A stretch of 64,000 bases of DNA from Veleropilina oligotropha (lineage: Eukaryota): contig JBEUKZ010000031.1 in the NCBI GenBank assembly GCA_048128005.1, positions 62,001-126,000 of the forward strand. The letters are read 5' to 3'. Each line of letters begins with the position of its first letter. Position 1 is the first letter of the stretch. The notes beneath the pieces were generated by a model. That model searched no databases. It was given only the letters and a program-made list of their open reading frames with translations, and had not been told where the DNA came from. The position numbers and the translations under genes are program-made. Positions 11,401 through 25,600 of this stretch are shown here, in pieces.

Positions 11401-14400
11401 ACTACAATAGTTAATTTTGACCATTTTCGGACCGCTTTAGCTCAGAAATTGGCTCCTTATTGCGTTGCTGACACCAATAATTTTACCATATATGCGGTCA
11501 AAGGGATCAGCTGCTCAGCAATATCAAACGTTTGCGTCGATTGTCAAATGCGTTCAACTGAAATTACCGTAAATCAAAAACTCTAAAAATGGTAAACATG
11601 TAGGTATGGTACTGAAGTTGAATCGCACTTAATTTCTGCTATGCGGCGCCACTGGCTTAGCGGCAATTAAGGTTTTTTCTTTAAAAAAGCACCTTTTTAT
11701 ACCATCTTCTTCGGCCAAACGGCTGAAGTGAGGTACGCGATGTTCCTAAATAATGATCTTCACTATGTGAAGAAAAAAGTTTGAAAGCGAAAATGTTATC
11801 GGAACAAAAGCAAGGCAGTTACGGCCATCTGAATCTCTCAATAATTTTGAAAAAATCACACTTTTTTATTTCAGCGGTCACCATTATCCGATTTAAGTGA
11901 AATTTTCACTGAAACTATACTGTATTAAGATCATTTTAATTGGAAATTTTGGCATGCATATGATCAATATTTTTTATGTTTATAAGACATATTTTTATTC
12001 CTACTACAGTCTTAGGAAGGCGATTACAGCATTTATGATGTTATCATGAATGAAGTTGTGGCATTTTATGATCTGGTCTTGCAGATGTCGTAAAGGCTGC
12101 CTGGTGTAGGCAGTTTATGATGCTGATTTATTGACTCTACACGCATGTACTCAGTCCCAGTGACCAGTTCTATATATTTATAATTATCATTATTTATTTT
12201 CTCTCCTTTTTCCCACCAGCTGACTTGGACGCCATTACTGAAAATGTTTAAAGGGGCTATATCTTGTAAACGGTGCATCTTAGACTTATAGTTACTATGG
12301 GGAGCTTATGGGAAGTCATGGGTAAACTTTCGAAAATGACCTTGACCTTTGACCTCAGTGACCTAATTAGCGAAAAATTGCCGAACTCGGAAAAACGCAG
12401 GGGATTGAGTGCAATGGGTAGTGGGAACGTATTTGACATCGCATTTCCAAGATGGCGGAAATCGGACGCCATTATGGAAATTGTTTCAAGGGGCTGTATC
12501 TTGTAAACGGTGCATCTTAGACATATAGTTACAATGGGGAGCCTATGGGAAGTCATGGGTAAGCTTTCAAAAATGACCATGACCTTTGACCTCAGATGAC
12601 CCAGTTAGCTGTAATTGACCTAATTCCATGATTTTGGGGGTAGGAAGCTGAAATTTGGTTTGCAGGTAGTTATGGTGTTTATTAAGCGCCTGTACACTTT
12701 TCAGCTAGTTGGCGCCACTGGTTCGGCAGTAATTGACCTAATTCGAAGATTTTTGGGGTAGGAAGCTGAAATTTGGTTTGCAGGTAGATATGGTGTTTAT
12801 TAAGCGCCTGTAAACTTTTCAGCTAAGTGGCGCCACTGGTTCGGCAGTAATTGACCTAATTCGATGATATGGCGGGTAGAAAGCTGAAATTTGGTGTGTG
12901 GGTAGATGCTGTGTTTGCGAGTGCCTGTAATTATTATTTATTTTCTCTCCTTTTTCCCACCAGCTGACTTGGACGCCATTACTGAAAATGTTTAAAGGGG
13001 CTATATCTTGTAAACGGTGCATCTTAGACATATAGTTACTATGGGGAGCTTATGGGAAGTCATGGGTAAACTTTCGAAAATGACCTTGACCTTTGACCTC
13101 AGTGACCTAATTAGCGAAAAATTGCCGAACTCGGAAAAACGCAGGGGATGGAGTGCAATGGGTAGTGGGAACGTATTTGACATCGCATTTCCAAGATGGC
13201 GGAAATCGGACGCCATTATGGAAATTGTTTCAAGGGGCTGTATCTTGTAAACGGTGCATCTTAGACATATAGTTACAATGGGGAGCCTATGGGAAGTCAT
13301 GGGTAAGCTTTCAAAAATGACCATGACCTTTGACCTCAGATGATCCAGTTAGCTGTAATTGACCTAATTACATGATTTTGGGGGTAGAAAGCTGAAATTT
13401 GGTTTGCAGGTAGATATGGTGTTTATTAAGCGCCTGTACATTTTTCCAGCTAGGTGGCGCCACTGGTTCGGCAGTAATTGACCTAATTCCATGATTTTGG
13501 GGGTAGGAAGCTGAAATTTGGTTTGCAGGTAGATATGGTGTTTATTAAGCGCCTGTACATTTTTCAGCTAGGTGGCGCCACTGGTTCGGCAGTAATTGAC
13601 CTAATTCGAAGATTTTGGGGGTAGAAAGCTGAAATTTGGTTTGCAGGTAGATATGGTGTTTATTAAGCGCCTGTAAACTTTTCAGCTAAGTGGCGCCACT
13701 GGTTCGGCAGTAATTGACCTAATTCGATGATATGGCGGGTAGAAAGCTGAAATTTGGTGTGTGGGTAGATGCTGTGTTTGCGAGTGCCTGTAAACTGGTC
13801 CCTGAATTGGAGCCCTCACAGCTGCTTGCAGCTTTAATTATTCCTATTATTCCGCCTGAGTTTTGTACCAGTGATAACTTCCAAACCGCTTAAATCAAAA
13901 ACTCTAAAAATGGTAAACATGTAGGTATGGTACTGAAGTTGAATCGCACTTAATTTCTGCTATGCGGCGCCACTGGCTTAGCGGCAATTAAGGTTTTTTC
14001 TTTAAAAAAGCACCTTTTTATACCATCTTCTTCGGCCAAACGGCTGAAGTGAGGTACGCGATGTTCCTAAATAATGATCTTCACTATGTGAAGAAAAAAG
14101 TTTGAAAGCGAAAATGTTATCGGAACAAAAGCAAGGCAGTTACGGCCATCTGAATCTCTCAATAATTTGGAAAAAATCACACTTTTTTACATCGGCTATA
14201 ACTCTTATTCTGCTTTAACTATAGTCTTCAACCTTCGCTGAGTGGTAGACGCTTTCTGTAAGTTAATTTTGCTACAAAGAAGATATTTCTGCGTGATGTG
14301 GTTAAGCCGCCATCTTGGATTGTTTGAAAAACTTCAAACGTCATTTTCCCTGCAGTCGTCTGTCCGATCACAATGAAACTTCGTAGGTGGGAACGTTGTG

Positions 14401-17400
14401 TTATGTTCTTATAAATGTATAATAAACCAAAAAATATCAGTATGAAAATATTAAGAGCAAAAGTCATTTGAAATTTAAAATTTCAATTAGTCGTATCTTC
14501 CTTAATATTTAATTATTTGAAACGAAATAAAGTTCATTATGAACACATCAAATTTATCTAACGCAATATATAAAAAGCTATCACTTATTTAAGTTAATTT
14601 AAAGATATAGACATTTTTTGACATCATTTTGTAACTGCTATAACTTAGGTTGTACGGGGACCATCAAGTGGTAAATTTAACACTAGTGCCATCTTAGGGG
14701 AAATAATATATATGCATATTTTCGAATAGCTGGGACTGGTAATACTGCAAAAAGACAGTGTATTTTTTATGTAGTGACTATATCTGGCTGGCTTAAAGTA
14801 ATTTATTACCCTGTGTCAACAAAGCCCCATGGTCTTGTATTGACATTATGGCCACCTAATTACTTTGTATCAATAAACTGTGGCCATCGCACTGCCTGCA
14901 GAGATATAAGAAATTAGTATGTCGTAAAAACTAGAGGTTTAGTTCTGCTCTAACTCCTAAATAACTTAGCTGTAACTAGGACTATGAACTTGAAATTTAA
15001 ATACAATACGCATCACATTTCTGTGAATTCGTATGTTCAATTTCATAGCACTATGACTGGTGGTTCAATATTAAAACAGTTTATTTTTTGCGTTCAGTCA
15101 GAAGAATTGAACTGCATTAATTGCTTTAATTGCTTGAATGCTACCAGTCAATAGTATCCAGCGACTCTAAATTAGTTTATGAGCTCTATGGCCGGCTTGT
15201 GGCCACCGCAGGCAGATAAATCAGCAATTAGCAGGTCGTAAACCTGGACAGAGAGAGAGAGAACTTTAGAAGTTATCTTAAAGTGCTCTCCAAACTACAA
15301 TAGTTAATTTTGACCATTTTCGGACCGCTTTAGCTCAGAAATTGGCTCCTTATTGCGTTGCTGACACCAATAATTTTACCATATATGCGGTCAAAGGGAT
15401 CAGCTGCTCAGCAATATCAAACGTTTGCGTCGATTGTCAAATGCGTTCAACTGAAATTACCGTAAATCAAAAACTCTAAAAATGGTAAACATGTAGGTAT
15501 GGTACTGAAGTTGAATCGCACTTAATTTCTGCTATGCGGCGCCACTGGCTTAGCGGCAATTAAGGTTTTTTCTTTAAAAAAGCACCTTTTTATACCATCT
15601 TCTTCGGCCAAACGGCTGAAGTGAGGTACGCGATGTTCCTAAATAATGATCTTCACTATGTGAAGAAAAAAGTTTGAAAGCGAAAATGTTATCGGAACAA
15701 AAGCAAGGCAGTTACGGCCATCTGAATCTCTCAATAATTTTGAAAAAATCACACTTTTTTATTTCAGCGGTCACCATTATCCGATTTAAGTGAAATTTTC
15801 ACTGAAACTATACTGTATTAAGATCATTTTAATTGGAAATTTTGGCATGCATATGATCAATATTTTTTATGTTTATAAGACATATTTTTATTCCTACTAC
15901 AGTCTTAGGAAGGCGATTACAGCATTTATGATGTTATCATGAATGAAGTTGTGGCATTTTATGATCTGGTCTTGCAGATGTCGTAAAGGCTGCCTGGTGT
16001 AGGCAGTTTATGATGCTGATTTATTGACTCTACACGCATGTACTCAGTCCCAGTGACCAGTTCTATATATTTATAATTATCATTATTTATTTTCTCTCCT
16101 TTTCCCCACCAGCTGACTTGGACGCCATTACTGAAAATGTTTAAAGGGGCTATATCTTGTAAACGGTGCATCTTAGACATATAGTTACTATGGGGAGCTT
16201 ATGGGAAGTCATGGGTAAACTTTCGAAAATGACCTTGACCTTTGACCTCAGTGACCTAATTAGCGAAAAATTGCCGAACTCGGAAAAACGCAGGGGATGG
16301 AGTGCAATGGGTAGTGGGAACGTATTTGACATCGCATTTCCAAGATGGCGGAAATCGGACGCCATTATGGAAATTGTTTCAAGGGGCTGTATCTTGTAAA
16401 CGGTGCATCTTAGACATATAGTTACAATGGGGAGCCTATGGGAAGTCATGGGTAAGCTTTCAAAAATGACCATGACCTTTGACCTCAGATGACCCAGTTA
16501 GCTGTAATTGACCTAATTACATGATTTTGGGGGTAGAAAGCTGAAATTTGGTTTGCAGGTAGATATGGTGTTTATTAAGCGCCTGTACATTTTTCCAGCT
16601 AGGTGGCGCCACTGGTTCGGCAGTAATTGACCTAATTCCATGATTTTGGGGGTAGGAAGCTGAAATTTGGTTTGCAGGTAGATATGGTGTTTATTAAGCG
16701 CCTGTACATTTTTCAGCTAGGTGGCGCCACTGGTTCGGCAGTAATTGACCTAATTCGAAGATTTTGGGGGTAGAAAGCTGAAATTTGGTTTGCAGGTAGA
16801 TATGGTGTTTATTAAGCGCCTGTAAACTGTTCAGCTAAGTGGCGCCACTGGTTCGGCAGTAATTGACCTAATTCGATGATATGGCGGGTAGAAAGCTGAA
16901 ATTTGGTGTGTGGGTAGATGCTGTGTTTGCGAGTGCCTGTAAACTGGTCCCTGAATTGGAGCCCTCACAGCTGCTTGCAGCTTTAATTATTATTATTTTA
17001 GCTCGAGCTGAAAGTGCATTATCTATTACATAAAAAGCATAATTGTTCCGTACGACAATAGCCTCCCGGTGGCCAGATGATAAGAGCGTGGCTTCCAATT
17101 CACGTGTCTGGCTGCTATATCCTCGACTCAGCGCTTCGTGCAGTTAACAGTCGCAGCGATTCATAAGTTGCCGGTGTGTGTTGTGAGGGGGTTATATGGG
17201 TTAATACAGGAATATTCCAGCGGAATTCTGCACACAGTTTAGTAAAAATGTTACAAAATACGTAAACGCCATAAATATGTTAACATACATATATACCATG
17301 GGTGCTATATACAGACAATGGAACTCAAGGGCCTGTTCCTCCATTGTTCGGCAGACAATGGAATTAACCAAAGTGAGGTGAAATTGACAAGGTGACAAAC

Positions 17401-19220
17401 TCACTGACAGAAAATGAACAAGGTGTTGATAGAAGTGTCATGGACACTTCTGATAAATCGCCCACAGGGTGATATCTGCTGTTCATTATACTTTTAAGGG
17501 CTTACAGGTTGCAATTTACAATAGATTGTCTTGGCATGTATGACAGATAATACCCCGTCACCCCTGAGCGATATCTTGCATAATTTTTCTCGCTCCGCTC
17601 GGGTAATTATGAAAGATATCTTCGCAGGCGTCAGGATAATATCTATTACATAAATAACATTAACGTAATATTGCAAACGAAATATAGGCTGTACTTGTGA
17701 AAAAAGGTCAAGTTTCATATTATTTGAAATCGATCGACATATTTTATATTAAATAAAATGTGCAATAACGGTTGTTGTAGAATATATCCTGGAAATAATA
17801 TGATCACCGGCAGTGTCTGGTGGTTTGCTGTTTTTAATTGTGAGCTACTGCAAGAAGCTTGAACATGTCAGCAGCGTAACGTGACACTTGCTTTCGTCAC
17901 TAAGTGACAAATCGGCTTATTGCAGCTTTTTGGTAATGATCGGTAACGTTATACAATCGTTACAATCCGATTAGCAGGCGACGTTATCTCAAGTATGGTT
18001 TATGTCATTACGAAATATTTGATAACAATGGTGTAGTAAAAAGTCACTGGTTGCAGTTATATCGTATACCAGTACGACATGAAGCCTATATATAGCTCGT
18101 GTTTCACAAAATTATTTCTTTAAATAATCGCGATTGCGTTCTGAGATTGTTATAATATGTACTTATATTAAATCGATGTACAGATTACCATACGTTTCAT
18201 TATTTACTTCAAAGTAGAATATGAGTTACAAGGACTATAACTAAAGCCAATCGTGTTATATTTTTTATGAACACTGAACAAAATCTTTGAAATTCGTTCT
18301 TTTTTCAAAGTAATGAAACGCCTTACAATTTGGAAATTGTTTATTTCTGCCAGAAAAATTAGAACGATGTGAATATTAATCTGCGTAAAACTAACAACAT
18401 TACTTTAACAGCTATCAGTCAAGATTCTTGAAAATGTATCGCCTATATAGCCTCTTTAAGTATTGTTGGCCAGAATACCATGTTACCGGAAACAACCACT
18501 ATAGTGATTAATTGTTTGCTATTAATAAAACGTGACATATCTTCGCTAACGATCGGCATCATTTATGTACGACAAGACAGGGTCAATTTTCATGTTTGAT
18601 ATTACAAATCAACATGCATGTCAATTTAACAAGATTTATGCATCCCAGTGACCAAGAGCGTGACGTTTGTCAGTGAAACATGTCAGTAGCTCAAACAACA
18701 CAATAGGCCTGATGTCACAATATGAACAAACGACAATGAATTACAGCGACTAAACATCTTCGAGCGGTTACATAAATTGTTTATCCGTGTACATCGGATA
18801 TTCTTTCATTGTAAATCTAATTATTTTACGAGATCGTAACTGATTAGCTGTTGTTAGTTTCATTTACGTGAGAAGGCCGATTCCAGAGGTATTTCACCAG
18901 ATAATAACAGATCACGTTGCAAGGCCAGCGAAACAATACAGTAACGATAATGTTGTCCGGTCTTCTTAGTACTGAACACACTCAATGTCATGGTTTCTGT
19001 GCGCTTTGTTTGCATACAGTGTTCAGTAGAAGGCAGACAAGTTTGTGGATAATGCTCGACACTAAATGAGAGTAATGTTCAACAAACGGGTAGATGTCGC
19101 AGTTAGTGTAACTTTTAAATTAATAATACAAGTATACTTCGTATTAGATGAAAAATCAATTTAGTTGACGAAGTTAGCTATTTGTCAGTGGATTGCATTT
19201 GCGGTCTAACCACAATGACA

Positions 19221-19588
19221 TTAAAGAGACTAGCTATTGCCCGTAAATGCGCTCTTTCTTTTTTAAAAAGAAAACGAACCGCATTACACTTTTTGTTAAT
19301 AACATAAAAAAGTTAGGAATTTTCAACACTCAACTTTCGTCAGTAATTTCCTACCGTTTAAATGAATCGCTACTGAATATTTAAAAATAATTAAACGCGC
19401 TCCGCGTTTAATTACCTCGCCCCGAGTGCATTTCCAGTTGCGTAGGTTTCCGCTCGTCATGTGAGACAGCTTTCCACTTGACAATAATACTTATTATTCC
19501 TAACTTTTTATGTTATAAACAAAAAATGTAATGCGCTTAGTTTTCGTTTTTAAAAAGAAAGAGCGCATTTACGGGCAATAGTCTTTAA
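19221..19588. mobile_element. TTAA-flanked MITE (Kolobok-like), copy 1
   Basis: TTAA at both ends, AG...CT termini, and ~70-bp imperfect TIRs (CTATTGCCCGTAAATGCGCTCTTTCTTTTT...). A second copy starts at 37881. Confidence 0.75.
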
Positions 19589-20949
19589 TGTTACCACAAG
19601 GATATAATTATGTCGTATATCGTTAGGAATGTCGCATTAGTTCTGCTTCGAGCCTGATGGTTGTAAATATACAGGACATTAAGCATAGACCCTTTCCTAT
19701 CCTTTCGTTTTCTAATTAAGAGGGTTCGAACCATTGACTTTGTGCATTGATCAATTTTAAATAATAATTATACATGTAATAATGCAGTGACAGTAGCCAA
19801 TAACTGGTCATTACGGGTTGATTTTCTCTGATCTATCGGGCTCTTGCGATAATATTGAAAAGTCTCGATGTGACATTAAGCATGCAAACCAACCATGCAC
19901 TTCCCAAAGATCGAGTTTTTCAACATAATACAACACGGTTAAATGTTAACGTTATGTGAATATTGCGGAAATCATTTATCAGACTGTTAATGATCTGCAT
20001 AGTCGGTCGCTTCCAACACATTGGTTAGCCTAATTCGTAAAAACTAAGATTCATCGAATAGGTAACCTATTAAATAGGTGCATAAAGTTATTTAACAATT
20101 CAAATTTTTTCAGTGCTCATGGGCATTCAAGATTTTTCCTTCATTTTTTGGCAAGAAAGTGCTGTACAGCTCCTATAAGCGTGAATATGGTGCGGTCAAC
20201 ATTGAACGTTCTATGTTCATTTTTATTTATTATGATTAACATGTATTCTGTCAATAATACAGACTACAATTTAATTTTTCATTTACTCTATCCTTTTATG
20301 TTAAAACTGTGCCTTCCCATTAAATTCATTATCACGACTTCAAAGATAATCGAGCGAGCCTCTGGCTAAAAGCTTATAGTCACCGCCGTTAACGCATTGC
20401 ACCAAATCAGGGCAATGCGATAAGTATACTTTATATCGACTATCCACAACGATATTCAATTGATTTTTTTTATCATTGTGTGAAAGGTAAATGACGGTAG
20501 CCCTAATACATGCATATGATACTGCTCACAATAACAAAAGCAATTCAATTCAGATTGTCATAAAACTTATCACGTACTGTAATATGTCTCTAATATGGCA
20601 TTATATATGTAGGTTAGACCATGCTAAAGAGTGTATATACAGGATAGACACAGTTTTCCACCGTTGAAATGTGACCATTGTTCGAGTGCGAAGCACGAGT
20701 ACAATGGTCACATTTCGCACTTAATCAGTGGTGGAAAACTTTATCTATCCTGCATATTCACGAGTTACATGGTCTACCGATTTAGGCGATACAGTAGAAC
20801 AAGAATTTATATTAGGTCTTCTTCATGAAAGAGAATTTGGCAGTGGGATGTTGGATTTAGACTTCGAAGATGATGTTACTTGTCCAAAGAAAGTCCATCC
20901 ATTTTTTGCAGGTATAGATATGATATTTGTTACGATTTACTGATTTTCA

Positions 20950-21151
20950 CAGGGGCGGATGCAGGATTTGGAAAATGTGGAGTCCACCTTTTTGGAATTA
21001 TACTATCAACTCTGGAAAATTTTAACAATTAACGGTGTGAAACCCCACTCTCCCGCATTTTGACGGTGCAAAACAAGATATTTCTTACCATCAAATTTGT
21101 GATTGAAAAAAATGTGGGTGTCCGGAACCCATCTCCTGGATCCTACCCATG
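20950..21151. mobile_element. CAGGGGCGGAT-type MITE (hAT-like) with 6-bp TSD
   Basis: Imperfect TIRs CAGGGGCGGATGCAGGA / TCCTGGATCCTACCCATG; TTTTCA flanks both sides. Confidence 0.6.
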
Positions 21152-21829
21152 TTTTCATGTCATACTCTGCAAATTTTCGTTTATTTGTGTATATATACAA
21201 TATAAAGTTTTCATTAAAGGTATCTTCCTTTTGCTTGATATAATATAAAATTATTGTCTTAAAATGTACTGAAAATACACATTTTAAAAGGTCAATATTT
21301 AAATCTTAATTACATTTCCAAGTACTATCCTACTTAAAATCAATATCTTATCGATATGCTTGGCTACACAACAATAGGAGGTGCCAAAGGGAAGGACATC
21401 TGAGAACCACAGCCTCCTGTTGAAAATTATGACATTTCACTGTCCACGTCTTTGCTAATAGACGAAGAGTGGACGACTTAGCATTGTTTTCATATAATTA
21501 TCCAATGCTAAAAGTGAATATCAAGGATAGACACAGTTTTATAACAAAAAAGAATCACAATGAAGTATCGTATAGGAGCGTTAAATAGTTGAAACTAAAA
21601 TAAACTTTTATCAAGGACTTATTTGCATGCATGTGTATGGCGGATTAAGCCAATTATATTACTGTATATAAAATGAAGAAATGATTTTGTCTTCGATACT
21701 TAGATAGAGTTACAACTGTTTTTACCCAATAGTTTTCAAATTTTGTTGGACGAGCAGAATTATTGATATATCATAGCAGCTTTTGATGAAAAACTTTTCT
21801 TTTCATGGCGACTCAAATATCCTATTTGA

Positions 21830-22605
21830 ATTCCAACTAACTTCAAATTCCAAGGATATCAGTTTAACACCCCTACAGTACACTTACCGTTTGGTACAAT
21901 GATCGCCATCCAAATTGGTCAATAATCTGCGGAGATCAGTCATTATATCACTTTATTGGCCAAAAATGACATTAACCTTGACCTCGATTTGCTACAGTCA
22001 CTTCGCAAATGGACTCAACACCCCAGAAAACTTGTAATTCGATAGCAAAATCGTGAAACTCTATGAATTACTAGCCGCGATATGACATTTTATATGATTT
22101 TGGACCAAAAATAACCTTGACCTTGACCATACCATGTGACCTTGACCCCGATTTTCTCCAGTCACCTCAGAAATTCGCTTCGCATCACAGAACACTTATA
22201 ATTAGATAGCAAAATCATGAAAATCTTAGTATCTAATTACCAGCAGAGATATGCCATTTTCTCGGATTTTTTACTAAAAAAGACCTCGACCTTGTATATA
22301 CCATGTAACCTTGTCCTCGATTTTCTTCCGTCACCTCAGAAATTGACTCGGCGCCCCATTAAACGTAAAATTCAGAAGCAAAATCATGAAATTCGACCAA
22401 TAAGTTTCTGAGATATGCTACTCTTAAGTTTTTAGAGAATGAGAGTAGCAGCCATCTTGAAAATATGTAAATTAAAAAAATTCTCACACCCTAAATTTAT
22501 TCTTATCATCCAGAAATGTTGACTAGAAGTCTTAAATGTATCAAAAAAGCAAAATCCTCTATGACTTGTGTTTTGATTGAGTATAACTGGATATCCTCCT
22601 GACTA
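21830..22605. mobile_element. Degenerate non-autonomous element with TGACCTTGACC subrepeats, possibly an Academ-like end
   Basis: Three diverged ~160-180-bp subrepeats (ACCTTGACCTCGATTT...GTCACCTCAGAAATT...AGCAAAATCATGAAA); ends ...GATATCCTCCTGACTA. The other end was not found. Confidence 0.4.
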
Positions 22606-25600
22606 TAAATAAATGCTAATATCTTTTACTACCATACGGTGTGTTGTGGGAGGGGGGGGGGGGGTGAGTGGTTACAGGCGGGGGGAAAGCCCCACTTAAA
22701 ATTGCTGGCGTTGGTCTTTTCATACTGGGGGGTATCAAATGCAACATTTATGTTGTTTTTAGCCTTGGTGCTCTCGGTTAAATAAATGCCATATTTTTGA
22801 CCCCCCCGGGGGTGATTTTGTGTAGAAAGCCACAACCAAAAGTTGGCAGCAAAACATTTTATTTAAAGTGGATGATGGCTCCATCAAAATATGGTGTCAA
22901 ACCTTTTGACCCTCTTCGGGTTGAATAACTGCTCTGGGCTTCTGGTCTATAAGGATGAACTCTAGAAAGTGTCACATGTAATACAAATCTCCAACTGTTA
23001 GCAACCGCATCTTTGCACAGAATTGACGTCGTTACGAGCCTACGCATTATTATTGCACACGAGAACTTCAAATGGCTTTGTATTTCTTCGTATTCAGCTG
23101 AATTACGTTTATTCAATATTGATATGCAAATATATTATCGTTAACATTAGGTATCAATATTGCTTGAGTTAGTAATAGAAATAAGCCTTTGTTCAATTGT
23201 TCGAGGGAGACTTGTATAGATGAATGAAAGTTATATTGCGTTCATTTTATATTCAAAAGGCTCCAGACTTTATTAAAGTAACAAAAGATGCTCAACCCTA
23301 CCTTCTGGTGACTAAATAACCATTACTTCCCCATGAAAATTGCCTTTTAACATAATAAAGTGCGTGATTATCGCATGTTGCAATGTCCGATGTATCAATC
23401 ACGCTCTCCGTTGATTGTCCGGATTCTATGACATACATTTCCTTGTTTTACGTAATGAGCGGAGTAATTGAGTTATCATGTTCTGGTATTCATGCTCGAC
23501 TGAGTAAACCTGAATCGCCCATAATTGTTTCTATAATGCTGAAATATGAATAATATGTCGCTCGTGACGATTATACTAACGCTGACGGATGCTCGTGGTA
23601 CAGTAGACTAAACCTATTAATAGTAATGTCAAAACACACTCAGTGACACACATGCAGACCTACATATTCTGGTATGCTATTTGTATATTCATGCATAATT
23701 AATGGCCATAAGCAATAGATCGACATGCATCAATATATCACCGGTCCTCTTGAATTAGAGATCAAAGACTGATCAATACGATTATGTACAGTTCTGCATT
23801 AAACGATTGCGCCACCAGTACGCGGGACCAATATTATGAGTACTTTGTCCTGGGATTGTCATATTACCATCACTATTGTAAAACGTATAGATCAACTTTG
23901 GGGGGATTTAAGGCTATAGAAAATAAATTATTATTAGTATTATTATTAAATATTAAATCAATAACAACAACAAAATTACTGAAAGATTTATAATGTCAAT
24001 GAGAGCTCATTTAGTTTTTTCAATCAAGTGAACTCTTAAGATGAGCTTTTAGATGCCCGTTTTCTATCGTATTCGGTACTTCTTGTAATATGATATAAAG
24101 TTAGCGCGAACATGACAATTATTTCTTTTATTTCCACTCTGACATCCTCTGTTTAACAAAGTTGTAAATATATAATTTATTAAATGAATGAATTTACAAG
24201 AAAATAAACATCTATCTATCTATCATTTTCAATTTCATAAAGCCTTTTAATTTTCGTTTGATTGGATATTTTGTATAAATGGAGGGGAAAATAAATTTAA
24301 CGGAGGCGCGCACTTATACTTATAAACTGAATCTCCTCTTGTTTGTCTACTTATCACTATTAACATATAGGCCTACAATCCAACGATCGAATTAATAACA
24401 TTTTGTTCATAGTTTGTTTACTAACTGTGCTGTAAACAATTAACTACAAGACATACCTCGTTGTCAATCCTATAGTGCTGACCAAGTGCTTCACAGCCGG
24501 TCCGTGTACAGAATTGTTTTCGACTATAATATACGAACACTAAATTAAGCCTCTCATGACCTCGATGACGTCATGTATTGACACGGGCGGGTGAAACAGG
24601 TTTCGCTACGTTGATTCGTACGAAAGAAACGGAAAGGAGTGTTGTACATTTGAAGGGATAATTTGTTTGGCTTTATTCTTCACTCACAGTAAGAGCAGAG
24701 CGACGATGTATGACTGAGTGTCTTCTGATCAGCGACGGGCATCGCTGAGCATGGCACATATTGTGACATACATGTGTTGTATTGCGTAATAACTTCTGCA
24801 GCGCAAATCTATATAATAACTTACTAAATATAACATATATTTTAGACAAGTGTTTAAACTAAAAGAATCACCACACAAACCACAACAAACCATGTAGGCC
24901 TGCGATGTTAATATATCCACGAATGGAGTCATGTGGCCATATGGAATGAGATAAAATAAAGCGCACTTGTTCATATGTCTCAGTATAGGTTGCTTGCCTG
25001 TTTGGTGCATTATGCATAGGTTAAATTAACCAAATCTGGTACTTTTCATAGCCTCCTATAATAAATGACAAGTCCCTTATGGAAAGTACAAGATTTGAGG
25101 TGGATGGGCGGGCCGGTGAAAATGGTCTACTGATTGTGTCACAAAATGATGACCCACCGCCGGACGGCGTGTCTCAAGTTTTTTCATGACCTACCCACAG
25201 GAGTGGATTTGAGGTGTGGATTCTGAAGTTTGAAGGGGTCCAACTTTTACAATATATTCTTAATTGTCTGGGCAGCAAGAAACTATGTGAAACTCCCTGT
25301 CCTGCATTTTGAGGGGAGAGGGTGAATATAAATATGACTTTATTTACCTTAAAACTTATTTTTTACGTTTTCAAACTGATTTCTCTACGTTTTTAAATTG
25401 ATATCTGTGAGTATTTTCAGACGCACCACGCCTCGACAGCACGTACCATGCCAAAATGCATGACAATAAAAATAGTCCGGTAATTTATTACTAGCTCAGA
25501 CGTCTTTGTTTTGTCAGCAGAGGACAAGTCAACGCGTATGAATTATTCAAGATGTTATTTAGGGTGATGCGGCAAATGCGACTACGGCTGACATCATGCT

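Larger units (their letters stand above)
1691..16990 (+). repeat. Modular tandem array of three near-identical macro-units with a Helentron/HINE-like terminal hairpin
   Basis: AGCCCTCACAGCTGCTTGCAGCTTTAATTAT occurs at 1691, 9918, 13811 and 16960 (spacings 8227 including the LINE, 3893 and 3149). Module A is ~2.24 kb with an internal ~300-bp duplication (~1770-2068 vs ~3343-3641). Module B is 744 bp in its short form and is built from ~238-bp and ~119-bp subrepeats. The tandem structure is seen directly; the Helentron assignment is inference from the AGCTGC-TT-GCAGCT hairpin. Confidence 0.9.

Noticed and set aside
2108..16473. Recurrent 70-107-aa ORFs in the macro-array as a multicopy gene family
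   Set aside because: They recur only because the DNA is repeated. They overlap on both strands, have no recognisable domains, and one is broken by a deletion.
1691..16990. Penelope-like or retrozyme identity for the array
   Set aside because: I saw no hammerhead core (CTGANGA...GAAA with stems) and no GIY-YIG or RT coding in modules A or B. A covariance-model search would be needed to exclude it fully.
17058..17160. tRNA-like start (GCCTCCCGGTGGCCAGATGATAAGAGCG)
   Set aside because: No B box or cloverleaf; at most a decayed SINE head, not a tRNA gene.
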